Below, one piece after another: positions 47,139 through 55,635 of a stretch of DNA of 64,000 nucleotides (the stretch's first letter is position 1; each line of letters begins with the position of its first letter). This DNA comes from an archaeon (GTDB lineage: Archaea > Iainarchaeota > Iainarchaeia > Iainarchaeales > JANQMZ01): NCBI GenBank assembly GCA_028279805.1, contig JANQMZ010000007.1, positions 729,092 to 793,091 of the forward strand, written 5' to 3'. A program made the position numbers and the translations under genes. The notes beneath the pieces are model-generated. The model was given only the letters and a program-made list of their open reading frames with translations. It ran no database searches and was not told the DNA's origin.

Positions 47139-47200
47139 GCAGGTGTTCCGGCGGCGAACACCCGCCTTCGGCAGGGTGTAAAGTAATTCCCGGAACACTA
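47139..47200 (-). other. GC-rich structured RNA element directly 5' of tRNA-Arg (leader or small RNA)
   Basis: Perfect 9-bp inverted repeat GUGUUCCGG...CCGGAACAC enclosing a CACCC(U)GCC-GAAG-GGCGGGUG hairpin; GC far above background; ends 4 nt before the tRNA 5' end. Confidence 0.35.
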
Positions 47201-47249
47201 TCTATGAATTGAACTGCAAAGCGTTTTAAATAATTCTTTTCAAATTTTA

Positions 47250-48095
47250 ATGGTGTTTTTTTTGAAAGAATTATTATTTGGAACAGCCGGCATTCCTTTG
47301 TCAACAAAAAACAGGTCAACTGAGAACGGAATTGCAAGAGTTAAAGAATTAAAATTAAATGCAATGGAACTGGAATTTGTTCGCAGTGTCAACATTTCAG
47401 AAGAAAAAGCCCCTCTGGTAAAAAAGGCTGCTGAAAAAAATAAAATTGTTTTAACATGCCATGCTCCTTATTTTATTAATTTAAATGCAAAAGAAAAACA
47501 AAAAGTCGGGGCAAGCAAGCACAGAATTTTGGAATCTGCAAGGCGTTTGCATCAGTGCGGCGGCTGGAGTGTTTGTTTTCATCCGGGTTTTTATTTGGGT
47601 GAAACAAGTGAAAAAGTTTTTCCGGTTTTTGAAAAAAGAATAAAAGAATTAAGGGAACGATTAAATGATGAAAGCATTGACTTGTGGTTAAGGCCTGAAA
47701 CAACAGGAAAACCTTCACAATTTGGTTCTTTAAAAGAATTGTTAAAAATTTCCCAAGGCCTGGAAAAAGTTGCACCTGTTGTAGACTTTTCCCATCTGCA
47801 TGCCCGTTCCGGGGGAAAAGAAAATACAAAAGAAGAATTTTTGGAACAGTTTAATTTGATTGAAAAATTTTTAGGAAAAAAAGGTTTGCAGAACATGCAC
47901 ATTCATTTATCCGGAATTAATTATACTGAAAAAGGAGAAAGAAATCATTTAATTTTAGAAGAAAGTGACATGAATTACAAAGATTTGCTGAAAATCTGGA
48001 AAGAATTTAAAATTAAGGGAATTGTAATCTGTGAAAGCCCTAATATTGAGGAAGATGCTTTGCTTTTGCAAAAATTTTTTAAAAATTTAAAGTAA
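47250..48095 (+). CDS. nfo: endonuclease IV-type AP endonuclease (xylose-isomerase-like TIM barrel)
   Basis: CHAPYFINLNAKEKQK...SARRLHQCGGWSVCFHPG matches the Nfo HAPYLINL / HPG pattern. Confidence 0.65.
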   Translation: MVFFLKELLFGTAGIPLSTKNRSTENGIARVKELKLNAMELEFVRSVNISEEKAPLVKKAAEKNKIVLTCHAPYFINLNAKEKQKVGASKHRILESARRLHQCGGWSVCFHPGFYLGETSEKVFPVFEKRIKELRERLNDESIDLWLRPETTGKPSQFGSLKELLKISQGLEKVAPVVDFSHLHARSGGKENTKEEFLEQFNLIEKFLGKKGLQNMHIHLSGINYTEKGERNHLILEESDMNYKDLLKIWKEFKIKGIVICESPNIEEDALLLQKFFKNLK

Positions 48096-48659
48096 TACAA
48101 ACAATGTTATTCCTGTTGCAATTGGCATAAACAGGTTATCTTCAACCGGCAGAAAATCAACTGCCATAGCAACAATTGCTGCAACCGTTACAGCATAAAA
48201 ACTTGTTGGCAAAATCAGTGACATTAAAATTATTGAAACAATTAATCCTATTACTGTTCCTTCAAGCGTGTTGTTCCAGGGAAGTTTTATTGTTCCATGA
48301 TATTTTCCTATTAATGTTGCCCATGCATCTCCAAAAACCAGCGGAACTAGTGCTGCTAAAACTATTAACTTGTTGTGAAACAATAAAGCGTCAGCTGCAA
48401 CAACAAGCAAAACTCCTATTGTAAAAATTATTGCTGCAATTCCGGGTTTGTGTTTTTCATCTCCTCTTTCAACAGCATTAATAATGTTTGCAAACAATTT
48501 TTTTCTTTTTTTCTTTTTCAAATCATTTGAAACAATGTAACCAAAACCGATTAATAAAATTAAAATTGCGCTTAAAGTGCCTGAATCAATTATTGCTGCC
48601 AGCAAAATGAACAAACTTCCTATTATGATGTGGGCAAATTCTCTTTTTGCTTCTCTCAT
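48087..48659 (-). CDS. polyprenol/dolichol kinase - CdsA-like CTP transferase family membrane protein
   Basis: 5-6 TM helices; VFGDAWATLIGKYHG motif. Confidence 0.4.
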   Translation of the reverse strand: MREAKREFAHIIIGSLFILLAAIIDSGTLSAILILLIGFGYIVSNDLKKKKRKKLFANIINAVERGDEKHKPGIAAIIFTIGVLLVVAADALLFHNKLIVLAALVPLVFGDAWATLIGKYHGTIKLPWNNTLEGTVIGLIVSIILMSLILPTSFYAVTVAAIVAMAVDFLPVEDNLFMPIATGITLFVLL

Positions 48660-48663
48660 TTTA

Positions 48664-49326
48664 TCACTTTTTTTTCATTACACACAGCAAATGGCTTTTT
48701 TCATATGGCTGTAATGGAATGCATTCTATTATGTCAAACTCCTTTTTTAATTCTTCTTTTTGCTTTTCAAAAATTTTTTCAATATTTTCAGTTGAAGAAA
48801 TGCTTTTTGCCTTAATTGCAATAATGCCCAATTTGCCTTTTTTTAAGAATTTTTTGGCATTTTTGTTAAAAATTTGAGCCTGTTTTCTTTGAGACAAATC
48901 CTGGTATAACAGGCTTATTTCGCTGTTTTTTAAATATTTTTCATATTTTTCAGGTTTTTCAGCGTTTTCTAAAACAGGGACAAGATTTTCCCTGTCCTCA
49001 CACAATTCTATAAATTTTTTCATGGTTCTCTGGCTTAAGTCAACGCCAAAAATTAATCCTTTTTCTTCAATAACATCACTTAAATGAGATGCTGTTGTTC
49101 CCTCTGCAACACCCAGATATAAAACGTTTAATCCTTTTTTTATTTCAAGTTTTTTTAATCCTTTTTTTATTGCCGCACATAATTTTGAACGGTAAGGATT
49201 CCATTCACGGTATTCAACTGAACCAGTTTTTACCAGTTTTTCCCCGTAAACTTTTTTTCCCGGTGTAAAATTTTTTGTTAAAATTTTTCCTTTTGAAGAA
49301 AAAATTCCTTCAAAAATCTGCTTCAT
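48664..49326 (-). CDS. flpA: fibrillarin (C/D-box sRNP 2'-O-methyltransferase)
   Basis: VEYREWNPYRSKLCAAI...VLYLGVAEGTTASHLSDVI SAM-MTase motifs. Confidence 0.9.
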   Translation of the reverse strand: MKQIFEGIFSSKGKILTKNFTPGKKVYGEKLVKTGSVEYREWNPYRSKLCAAIKKGLKKLEIKKGLNVLYLGVAEGTTASHLSDVIEEKGLIFGVDLSQRTMKKFIELCEDRENLVPVLENAEKPEKYEKYLKNSEISLLYQDLSQRKQAQIFNKNAKKFLKKGKLGIIAIKAKSISSTENIEKIFEKQKEELKKEFDIIECIPLQPYEKSHLLCVMKKK

Positions 49327-50132
49327 GAAAGTTCACTTGCTCTTTTTTCCAGTTCTTTTAACAATTTTTCATATTTTTCTTTTTTTGAAAAAAAATCCTG
49401 TTTTAATGCAATGCTTAATTTTGAAGCCAGGCTTCTTGCCATTTTTCCCCGGTTAACCGTTTTAACCTGTTGAACAAAAGGATGCTGAAAAAGCAAACCG
49501 TATTTGGGAGGCTTTGCTCCTGATTTTAAATGCCTGAACAATGCTTTCTCCGCTCCCAAAACCTGTATTGTTGATGCAGGCATTTTAACCATTTTTTCAA
49601 TTGCTCCGGCTTCACTTAAAAGTTTTGCTCCTAAAACCGCGCCACATAAGTTTGAAAAGTTTGGCAGTTCTTTTTTCATTTCTTTTTCAACATATTCAAC
49701 TAAACTGTTTTTTTCTTTTTTTATTAAAAGAGATTGTTTTGCCAGGCTTTGAATTTTTTTCAAATCTTTTTCTTCAATTTCTGAACCAACACTGTTTTTT
49801 GCTTTTGTTTCAATTTGTTTTGCTTTTTCCTTATTTTTGTAATATTTTAAAATTTTTTGTTCTGAAAAATTTTTTCTTAAACCAAGTTCGTTTACAAGGT
49901 TTAAATAAATTTCAGGTGTTTTAACAAGCCTGTCCATTTCCGGAAAATGAATTCCGTACCATTCCCTGCTGTCTTCATATAACAGGTTAAAAATTTCATC
50001 CAAATCTGACAAAATGTCAGCTGCTCTTATGATATGGCTTTCTCTTCCCACATATTTTGTTTTAACCTCTTTCCTGGCTTTTTGAATAAGTTTTCGCCTT
50101 AAATCGTCTTTTTTTGCCATTTTTTTCACCAA
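49323..50132 (-). CDS. nop5: Nop5 (Nop56/58) - Nop domain only, lacks N-terminal domain and coiled coil
   Basis: REWYGIHFPEMDRLV...MPASTIQVLGAEKALFRHLKSGAKPPKYGLLFQHP Nop-domain signatures; in-frame stop 3 codons upstream of the TTG start; ATGA overlap with flpA. Confidence 0.75.
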   Translation of the reverse strand: MVKKMAKKDDLRRKLIQKARKEVKTKYVGRESHIIRAADILSDLDEIFNLLYEDSREWYGIHFPEMDRLVKTPEIYLNLVNELGLRKNFSEQKILKYYKNKEKAKQIETKAKNSVGSEIEEKDLKKIQSLAKQSLLIKKEKNSLVEYVEKEMKKELPNFSNLCGAVLGAKLLSEAGAIEKMVKMPASTIQVLGAEKALFRHLKSGAKPPKYGLLFQHPFVQQVKTVNRGKMARSLASKLSIALKQDFFSKKEKYEKLLKELEKRASELS

Positions 50133-50194
50133 AACAGGTTTTTATTATTTTAGCCACCATTAGCTTAAAAAATACTATTTTGATTAATTTTCCA

Positions 50195-51694
50195 ATGCCA
50201 AAAGAAGAAATTCAGAGCCTGGCTTCAAGAAGAGGCTTGTTTTTTCCAACCGCGGAAATTTATTCTGACTCGCCCGGAGGATTCTGGGAATTTGGTTCAA
50301 CCGGTGCAAGGCTTAAAAGAAAAATTGTAAATTTTTGGAGAAAAGAACTGGTTGAAAAAGAAAATTTTTTGGAAATTGAAGGCTCTCAAATTTTGCCAAA
50401 ACCTGTTTTTGAATCTTCAGGACATTTAAAAAATTTTAATGATCCTATTGTTCAATGCAAAAAATGCCATTCTTTTTACCGTGTTGACAGAATGCTGGAA
50501 GAATTAACCGGAAAACATTTTGCTGAAAATGCAAGCATTGAAGAATTTGAAAAAGAATTAAAAAAATTAAACCCGGAATGCAAAAAATGCAAATCACATT
50601 CCTGGAATAAAATTAAGCTGTTTAACATGATGATGTCTGTTGAACTTGGTGCAACCGGGGACAAAAAAGCTTTTTTAAGACCTGAAACGTGTCAGAATAT
50701 TTTTTTAAATTTTTCAAGAATTTATAAAAATTCAAGGCAAAACCTGCCTCTGGGAATAGCCCAGGCGGGTTCTTCTTTCAGAAATGAAATTAATCCGCGT
50801 AACACTTTGTTAAGGGAAAGAGAATTGGGGCAGATGGAAATTGAAATTTTTTTTAATTCAAAAAAAATCAATGAATTTCCTGATTTTGAAAAAATAAAAA
50901 ACTATAAATTAAATTTAATGACTTTAAAAAACAAAAAAATAAAACCGGTAACCTGTAAAGAAGCTGCTGACAAAAAAATTGTTTCAGGAAAACTCATAGC
51001 TTATTATCTGGCTTTGGTTCAAAAATTTTATGAAAAATTGGGAATTCCGTTAAAAAAAATGCGTTTCCGTGAACTTGATGATAATGATAAAGCGTTTTAT
51101 TCAATTGAAACTTGGGATTTTGAAATTGAAACAGATTTGGGCTGGATTGAATTAATTGCCAATAACTACCGGGCAGATTATGATTTAAAAGCCCATTCAA
51201 AAGGCTCTAAACAGGATTTGAGCATTAAAGAGGATGGTGAAAAATTTGTTCCCCATGTTTGGGAAATTTCTGCAGGAATTGACAGAACTTTTTATGTTGT
51301 TTTGGATAATGCTTTTAAAAAAGAAAAAAGAGGAAAAGAGGAAAGAATTTTTTTGAATCTGCCGATTTCTATTGCCCCTTATCTGGCAGGAGTATTCCCT
51401 TTAGTCAAAAAAGACGGATTGCTTGAAAAATCAAAACAATTATTCCGGGAACTGGAAAAACATGGATTTGAACTGATTTTTGATGAAAAAGGTTCAATTG
51501 GAAGGCGTTATGCCAGAATTGATGAAATAGGTGTTCCTTTTGCAATAACTTTTGATTATGATTCTGTGAAAAATAATACTGTAACACTGCGTGAAAGAAA
51601 TTCTTTAGAACAAAAACTTGTTAAAATTGAACAGTTATCCCAAACTTTGTGGAAATTGTCAAACGGAATTTTAACTTTCAACGAATTAAAATAG
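50195..51694 (+). CDS. glyS: glycyl-tRNA synthetase (archaeal/eukaryal alpha2 type)
   Basis: LASRRGLFFPTAEIYSDSPGGFWEFGSTGARLK...SGHLKNFNDPIVQCKKCHSFYRVD class-II motifs; start at internal Met MPKEE. Confidence 0.8.
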   Translation: MPKEEIQSLASRRGLFFPTAEIYSDSPGGFWEFGSTGARLKRKIVNFWRKELVEKENFLEIEGSQILPKPVFESSGHLKNFNDPIVQCKKCHSFYRVDRMLEELTGKHFAENASIEEFEKELKKLNPECKKCKSHSWNKIKLFNMMMSVELGATGDKKAFLRPETCQNIFLNFSRIYKNSRQNLPLGIAQAGSSFRNEINPRNTLLRERELGQMEIEIFFNSKKINEFPDFEKIKNYKLNLMTLKNKKIKPVTCKEAADKKIVSGKLIAYYLALVQKFYEKLGIPLKKMRFRELDDNDKAFYSIETWDFEIETDLGWIELIANNYRADYDLKAHSKGSKQDLSIKEDGEKFVPHVWEISAGIDRTFYVVLDNAFKKEKRGKEERIFLNLPISIAPYLAGVFPLVKKDGLLEKSKQLFRELEKHGFELIFDEKGSIGRRYARIDEIGVPFAITFDYDSVKNNTVTLRERNSLEQKLVKIEQLSQTLWKLSNGILTFNELK

Positions 51695-51737
51695 TCCCAT
51701 TGCGTAGGGACAGTCCGCGTGCCACTTTCAGTGGCAC
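51694..51737 (+). other. two consecutive GC-rich hairpins downstream of glyS
   Basis: GTCCC-ATTGCGTA-GGGAC (51694-51711) and GTGCCAC-TTTCA-GTGGCAC (51719-51737), then direct repeat GCTCGC-TAAC-GCTCGC. Confidence 0.35.
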
Positions 51738-51786
51738 TTGCTCGCTAACGCTCGCAGTTTATGCTTGATTCTGTTCGTAATACTTA

Positions 51787-51858
51787 GCCCCGGTGGCTTA
51801 ATGGCAGAGCAATTGCTTCGTAAGCAATGGGTTGTGAGTTCAAATCTCATCCGGGGCT
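51787..51858 (+). tRNA. tRNA-Thr (CGU)
   Basis: Acceptor GCCCCGG/CCGGGGC, anticodon stem AUUGC/GCAAU with loop UUCGUAA, T-arm GUGAGUUCAAAUCUCAU, U73. Confidence 0.8.
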
Positions 51859-51909
51859 TTAAAACAAAAACAATTTAATTCTGTTTCACAACAATTATTA
51901 TGTGATAAA

Positions 51910-52404
51910 ATGAAATTATTGCTTTTATCGGATTCCAAAACTCCTGTTAAAATTTTTCCAAAAGTAAAGGAAATTGTTTCTGAAAAAATTTCAAATCTTG
52001 AAATTGAAATAGCTTATGTTCCTTTTATGGTTGATTTTCCTCAAAAAGTTTTGGAAGCTGAAAAAGATTTTGATTATATTTTTGTTTTTTCGTTATATGA
52101 TGAGGAAACCCCTGAAATTAAAACTGTGATGGAAAAACTGATTGAAGTGGAAATTAAAACAGGCAAAAAAATTATGAAAATTTTGAGGGAGACAGATTTT
52201 GAAGGAACAAATAAAAAAGAGTTAAAATCTTTGTCAAAAAAGTTGACAAAAAAATGGAGTTTTTTTATTATTGAATACATTGCTCCTGAAAAAACAGCTA
52301 AAAAAGCTGAATTTGAAGAAGATCCTGATGAATTTGCAGATGATGAAAAAGTATTTGGCGCGGATGATGATATGTTTGCCTCAAATGACTCAGAATACCG
52401 TTAA
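51910..52404 (+). CDS. hypothetical protein with acidic C-terminal tail
   Basis: 164 aa; alternating beta/alpha pattern then EFEEDPDEFADDEKVFGADDDMF tail. Confidence 0.3.
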   Translation: MKLLLLSDSKTPVKIFPKVKEIVSEKISNLEIEIAYVPFMVDFPQKVLEAEKDFDYIFVFSLYDEETPEIKTVMEKLIEVEIKTGKKIMKILRETDFEGTNKKELKSLSKKLTKKWSFFIIEYIAPEKTAKKAEFEEDPDEFADDEKVFGADDDMFASNDSEYR

Positions 52405-53447
52405 TTTTTTTTATTTTTAAGTTTTTTTTCCAGTTTTTTTGCTTCTTCGCTTTTTTCAACAGCCAAATCCCTGAAATGCTTTAAGTTTTTTTCATTTTCA
52501 TTTAACCTTTTTTTCAATACTTGTATTTTTGTTTCAAGTTTTTCTTCAGCTTCCTGTTTTGCTTTAATTTTTTTTTCTTCCAGTGACAACAGTTCTTTGC
52601 TGTAATGGTTTCTCATTTTAATTGTTTCATTTTCAGCTTCCAGCAGAGTTTTTCTTGCAACATCTCTTTCATTTTTTAACAATGTTATTAATTCACTTGC
52701 TTTTTTATAATAATTTGAATAGTTTTGTTCCAAAATGCTTATTTTCATTTTTAACTGAATAAAACTTTTCTGCAAAACGTCCAAACTTTTTTCATAATTG
52801 TGAACAAAGGAATTTAACTGGGTTTTTTGTTTTTCAAGTTTTAAATCGGTTTCATGCATTTCTTGTTCCAATTCAGCTGCATTTTCTTCCCTTTGAAAAC
52901 CCCAGAATGTTTTTTTTCTGATATCCTGGTATTTTTTTCTCAAATCCTGTAATTCCTGTTCTTTTGAATCAAGCAAGTCCATTACATTTTTTGCAACGGT
53001 TTGCTTTTCAATGGGATTCATGTTTTGTTTTTTTTCAAAAATATTAACTCGTTCAAAATAAAATCTTGCATCCAAAACCGTGTTTAAAAGTTTTTGCTGC
53101 AAGCTTGCAAACAATTCCCCTTCATTTTCATCAAATTCTTCGTTTGTCACACTTGTTTTGTTTTTTTCAAGTTCAATGTTTTTTTCAAACACTTTTATTG
53201 TATCCAGAACAGTGCCAAGAATTTCTTTGGGATTCGGAAAATCTGACAACGATTTTTTTTCATAATTTTCTTTTAATTCTTCCAAAAAAATTTGTAATTC
53301 TTCCAATTCTTTTAACGCATTTTTTAATTCTTTTACAATTATTTCAGAATTTGTTTCATGCCAGTTAAAAGATTCTGCTTTTTCCTGCAGTGAATCAAGT
53401 GTTTTTTCAGCTGTTTCCCATAAAACTTCCAAAGCCATAATATTCAT
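52401..53447 (-). CDS. long coiled-coil protein
   Basis: 348 aa, heptad-rich K/E/L/Q composition throughout; no Walker motifs or Zn hook. Confidence 0.4.
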   Translation of the reverse strand: MNIMALEVLWETAEKTLDSLQEKAESFNWHETNSEIIVKELKNALKELEELQIFLEELKENYEKKSLSDFPNPKEILGTVLDTIKVFEKNIELEKNKTSVTNEEFDENEGELFASLQQKLLNTVLDARFYFERVNIFEKKQNMNPIEKQTVAKNVMDLLDSKEQELQDLRKKYQDIRKKTFWGFQREENAAELEQEMHETDLKLEKQKTQLNSFVHNYEKSLDVLQKSFIQLKMKISILEQNYSNYYKKASELITLLKNERDVARKTLLEAENETIKMRNHYSKELLSLEEKKIKAKQEAEEKLETKIQVLKKRLNENEKNLKHFRDLAVEKSEEAKKLEKKLKNKKN

Positions 53448-53517
53448 TTATGATTGCTCTGTTAAGTTTTATATACTTTAACATTATAATGAATGGCAAC
53501 AGCAGGGGGCTTTTTTA

Positions 53518-54510
53518 ATGGAATTGTTTGAAGATAAAGGTTTTCGTGTAAAAGGAACAAATCTGTTAATAGACCCTTCAACAACAAAGCATTCCGGGGC
53601 AATTTTAACCCATGCTCATTCAGATCATGTTAATTTCAATGAAAAATCAAAAATAACAGCGTCACAGGAAACTCTTGACCTGATTAATGTTTCCTATAAG
53701 CCTGTGAAAAAATCAAATCCTTTAAAATTTTCAAAAAAAACAAATTTTGACAATGCAAAAATTTCTTTGCATAACGCCGGACACATTTTGGGTTCTTCAC
53801 AGGTTTTAATTGAAGGTGAAAAAACATTAGCTTTCACATCCGATTTTAAAACACAGGATTCTTTAATTTTAAAAAAAGCAGAACAATTAAACTCAGATAT
53901 TCTGGCAATAGAATCCACTTTTGGTTTACCTTCCTTTAATTTTCCTCATAGGGAAAAAATTTATGAGGACATGGTTTCATGGACAAAACAGCAGCTTGCA
54001 TTAAAGCGTTTTATTGTTTTAAGCGGTTATTCTTTAGGCAAAGCACAGGAATTAACAAAATTTTGCAATGATTTTTTGGGAATTAGCCCGGTTGTTCATG
54101 AAAAAATTTTTGAAAACAACAAAGTTTACGAAAAACACGGCGTAAAATTAGGCACTTATTACAAGCTTAACCATAACCTGAACGATTCAAATATTTTGAT
54201 TATGCCTCCGTCTTTGGCAAAACCAACATTGTTTTATGCCCTGGAACAATCTCTTGGAAAAAAAGTTTCAAGTGCTTTGGCAACAGGCTGGTTTTATCGC
54301 CGAGGACACGACACAGTTTTTCCTTTATCCGATCATTCAGATTTTAATTCTTCCCTGGATTATATTAAAAATGCGGAACCAAAACTTGTTTTAACAATGC
54401 ATGGTTTTGCTGATGAATTTGCCAGATATATTGAAAGGCGTTTAAAAATTCCCGCAAGAGCCTTAAACGGTTCTTCCAAAAAACAAAAAGCATTAATTGA
54501 ATTTGCTTAA
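53518..54510 (+). CDS. MBL-fold metallo-hydrolase, probable short beta-CASP nuclease
   Basis: LTHAHSDH motif, downstream LHNAGHILGSS and C-terminal LTMHGFADE. Confidence 0.5.
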   Translation: MELFEDKGFRVKGTNLLIDPSTTKHSGAILTHAHSDHVNFNEKSKITASQETLDLINVSYKPVKKSNPLKFSKKTNFDNAKISLHNAGHILGSSQVLIEGEKTLAFTSDFKTQDSLILKKAEQLNSDILAIESTFGLPSFNFPHREKIYEDMVSWTKQQLALKRFIVLSGYSLGKAQELTKFCNDFLGISPVVHEKIFENNKVYEKHGVKLGTYYKLNHNLNDSNILIMPPSLAKPTLFYALEQSLGKKVSSALATGWFYRRGHDTVFPLSDHSDFNSSLDYIKNAEPKLVLTMHGFADEFARYIERRLKIPARALNGSSKKQKALIEFA

Positions 54511-55139
54511 CGCCTTCTAAACCTTTCAAAAATCCACAGCAAACTTTTTGGTCTTGGTTTTTTTGGTCTTCCAGGAACTCTTCTGGCTTTATGCAGTTGC
54601 CTTAATCTTTCAGCTCCTTTTAATGAAATTTCATAATATTCCTGAAGCGAATAAGTTTTGCCAGGATCAATTCCAAGCCTTTTTAACTGTCTTTCTCTAA
54701 GTACGCCAATATGTTCCTTGTTTTTACTGTGCATTATTTTATAATCCTGAAATTCTTTTCTTTCCAGCAGCATTTCTAAAACTGTTAAATGAACCGTTGT
54801 TCCAAGCCCGACACCCATTAAATCTTCTAATTTTGCCGCTGAATAAATATCCCACTTTGACCCGAACGGATAAAAGTCTTTCCATTCAAGTGTTTTGATT
54901 TGGCTGTGATTTTCTAAAATTATGTCCCCAATTCTTATTGTTCCGGTAATTGTTTCCCTCGCATTTCTTGGCCTTAAACCTTCCCTTATCAGTTCACCGG
55001 GTTTTTCTGTTTCAATAAAACCATCTGTTTTTCTTTTATGCAATCTTCTTCCGATTAAAACATCAAAATAAACTCTGCCCAAATCTTCTCTTATTGAAGA
55101 ATCTCTTACAATTAAACCCCATTGAAATCTTTCAAGCAT
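54507..55139 (-). CDS. hypothetical protein with basic AT-hook-like C-terminus
   Basis: 210 aa; C-terminal RVPGRPKKPRPK; no catalytic motif. Confidence 0.35.
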   Translation of the reverse strand: MLERFQWGLIVRDSSIREDLGRVYFDVLIGRRLHKRKTDGFIETEKPGELIREGLRPRNARETITGTIRIGDIILENHSQIKTLEWKDFYPFGSKWDIYSAAKLEDLMGVGLGTTVHLTVLEMLLERKEFQDYKIMHSKNKEHIGVLRERQLKRLGIDPGKTYSLQEYYEISLKGAERLRQLHKARRVPGRPKKPRPKSLLWIFERFRRR

Positions 55140-55215
55140 AATAACATTCCTGTTTTTAAGTTATAAAAACTTATTCAATAAAAATGCAGGATTCAAACAC
55201 TCAAAACCTTTAAAT

Positions 55216-55569
55216 ATGATAAATTGTTATTTTTGTTTTATGAGAGAATCAAGGTATGGTGCGGCAAGATTTCAGGGAGGAAGAAAACAGGGTTTTATGG
55301 GTGTAACTCCAAAAGCCGCCGGTTCTGTAAGAGCCAAAAGGCTTAGAGTTATTTTCGAAGTAAGTGAGGAAACCAAAATTCCCCTTCCAAAACTGAGGCA
55401 AAGATATAATACTTTATCAAAACTTGGTTTTGACCCGGCCAGACAACCGGTTTCATTGCTTTTTCCTGATGATTTTATTGCAAGATTAAAAAAAGCATCG
55501 GAAGCAAGGCGTAAAAAAATGTTTGACAACATGGTTGCCCATTTAACACAGAAACCTAGGAACGCCTAA
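55216..55569 (+). CDS. small Arg/Lys-rich hypothetical protein (higher GC)
   Basis: 117-aa ORF whose GC is above neighbours; divergent from 54507..55139; possible RHH-like strand-helix pattern (KRLRVIFEVSEETKIPLPKLRQRYNTLSKLG). Confidence 0.3.
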   Translation: MINCYFCFMRESRYGAARFQGGRKQGFMGVTPKAAGSVRAKRLRVIFEVSEETKIPLPKLRQRYNTLSKLGFDPARQPVSLLFPDDFIARLKKASEARRKKMFDNMVAHLTQKPRNA

Positions 55570-55635
55570 ATATTCAAAAATTGCTTTTTTTTTGTTTTAG
55601 GTTAAGATTTTAATTGTTTTTTGTCTTTTTTTGAC

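Noticed and set aside
46994-47337. Three overlapping ORFs (72, 63 and 95 aa) in the 47.0-47.3 kb spacer
   Set aside because: They cover tRNA-Arg and its GC-rich leader. The high GC comes from structural RNA, not coding; the ORFs overlap on both strands.
55216-55569. GC-rich segment as RNase P RNA or SRP RNA
   Set aside because: It has an uninterrupted 117-codon frame with a plausible start, and no RNase P or SRP conserved motifs were recognised by eye. Coding interpretation retained but flagged for an Rfam scan.
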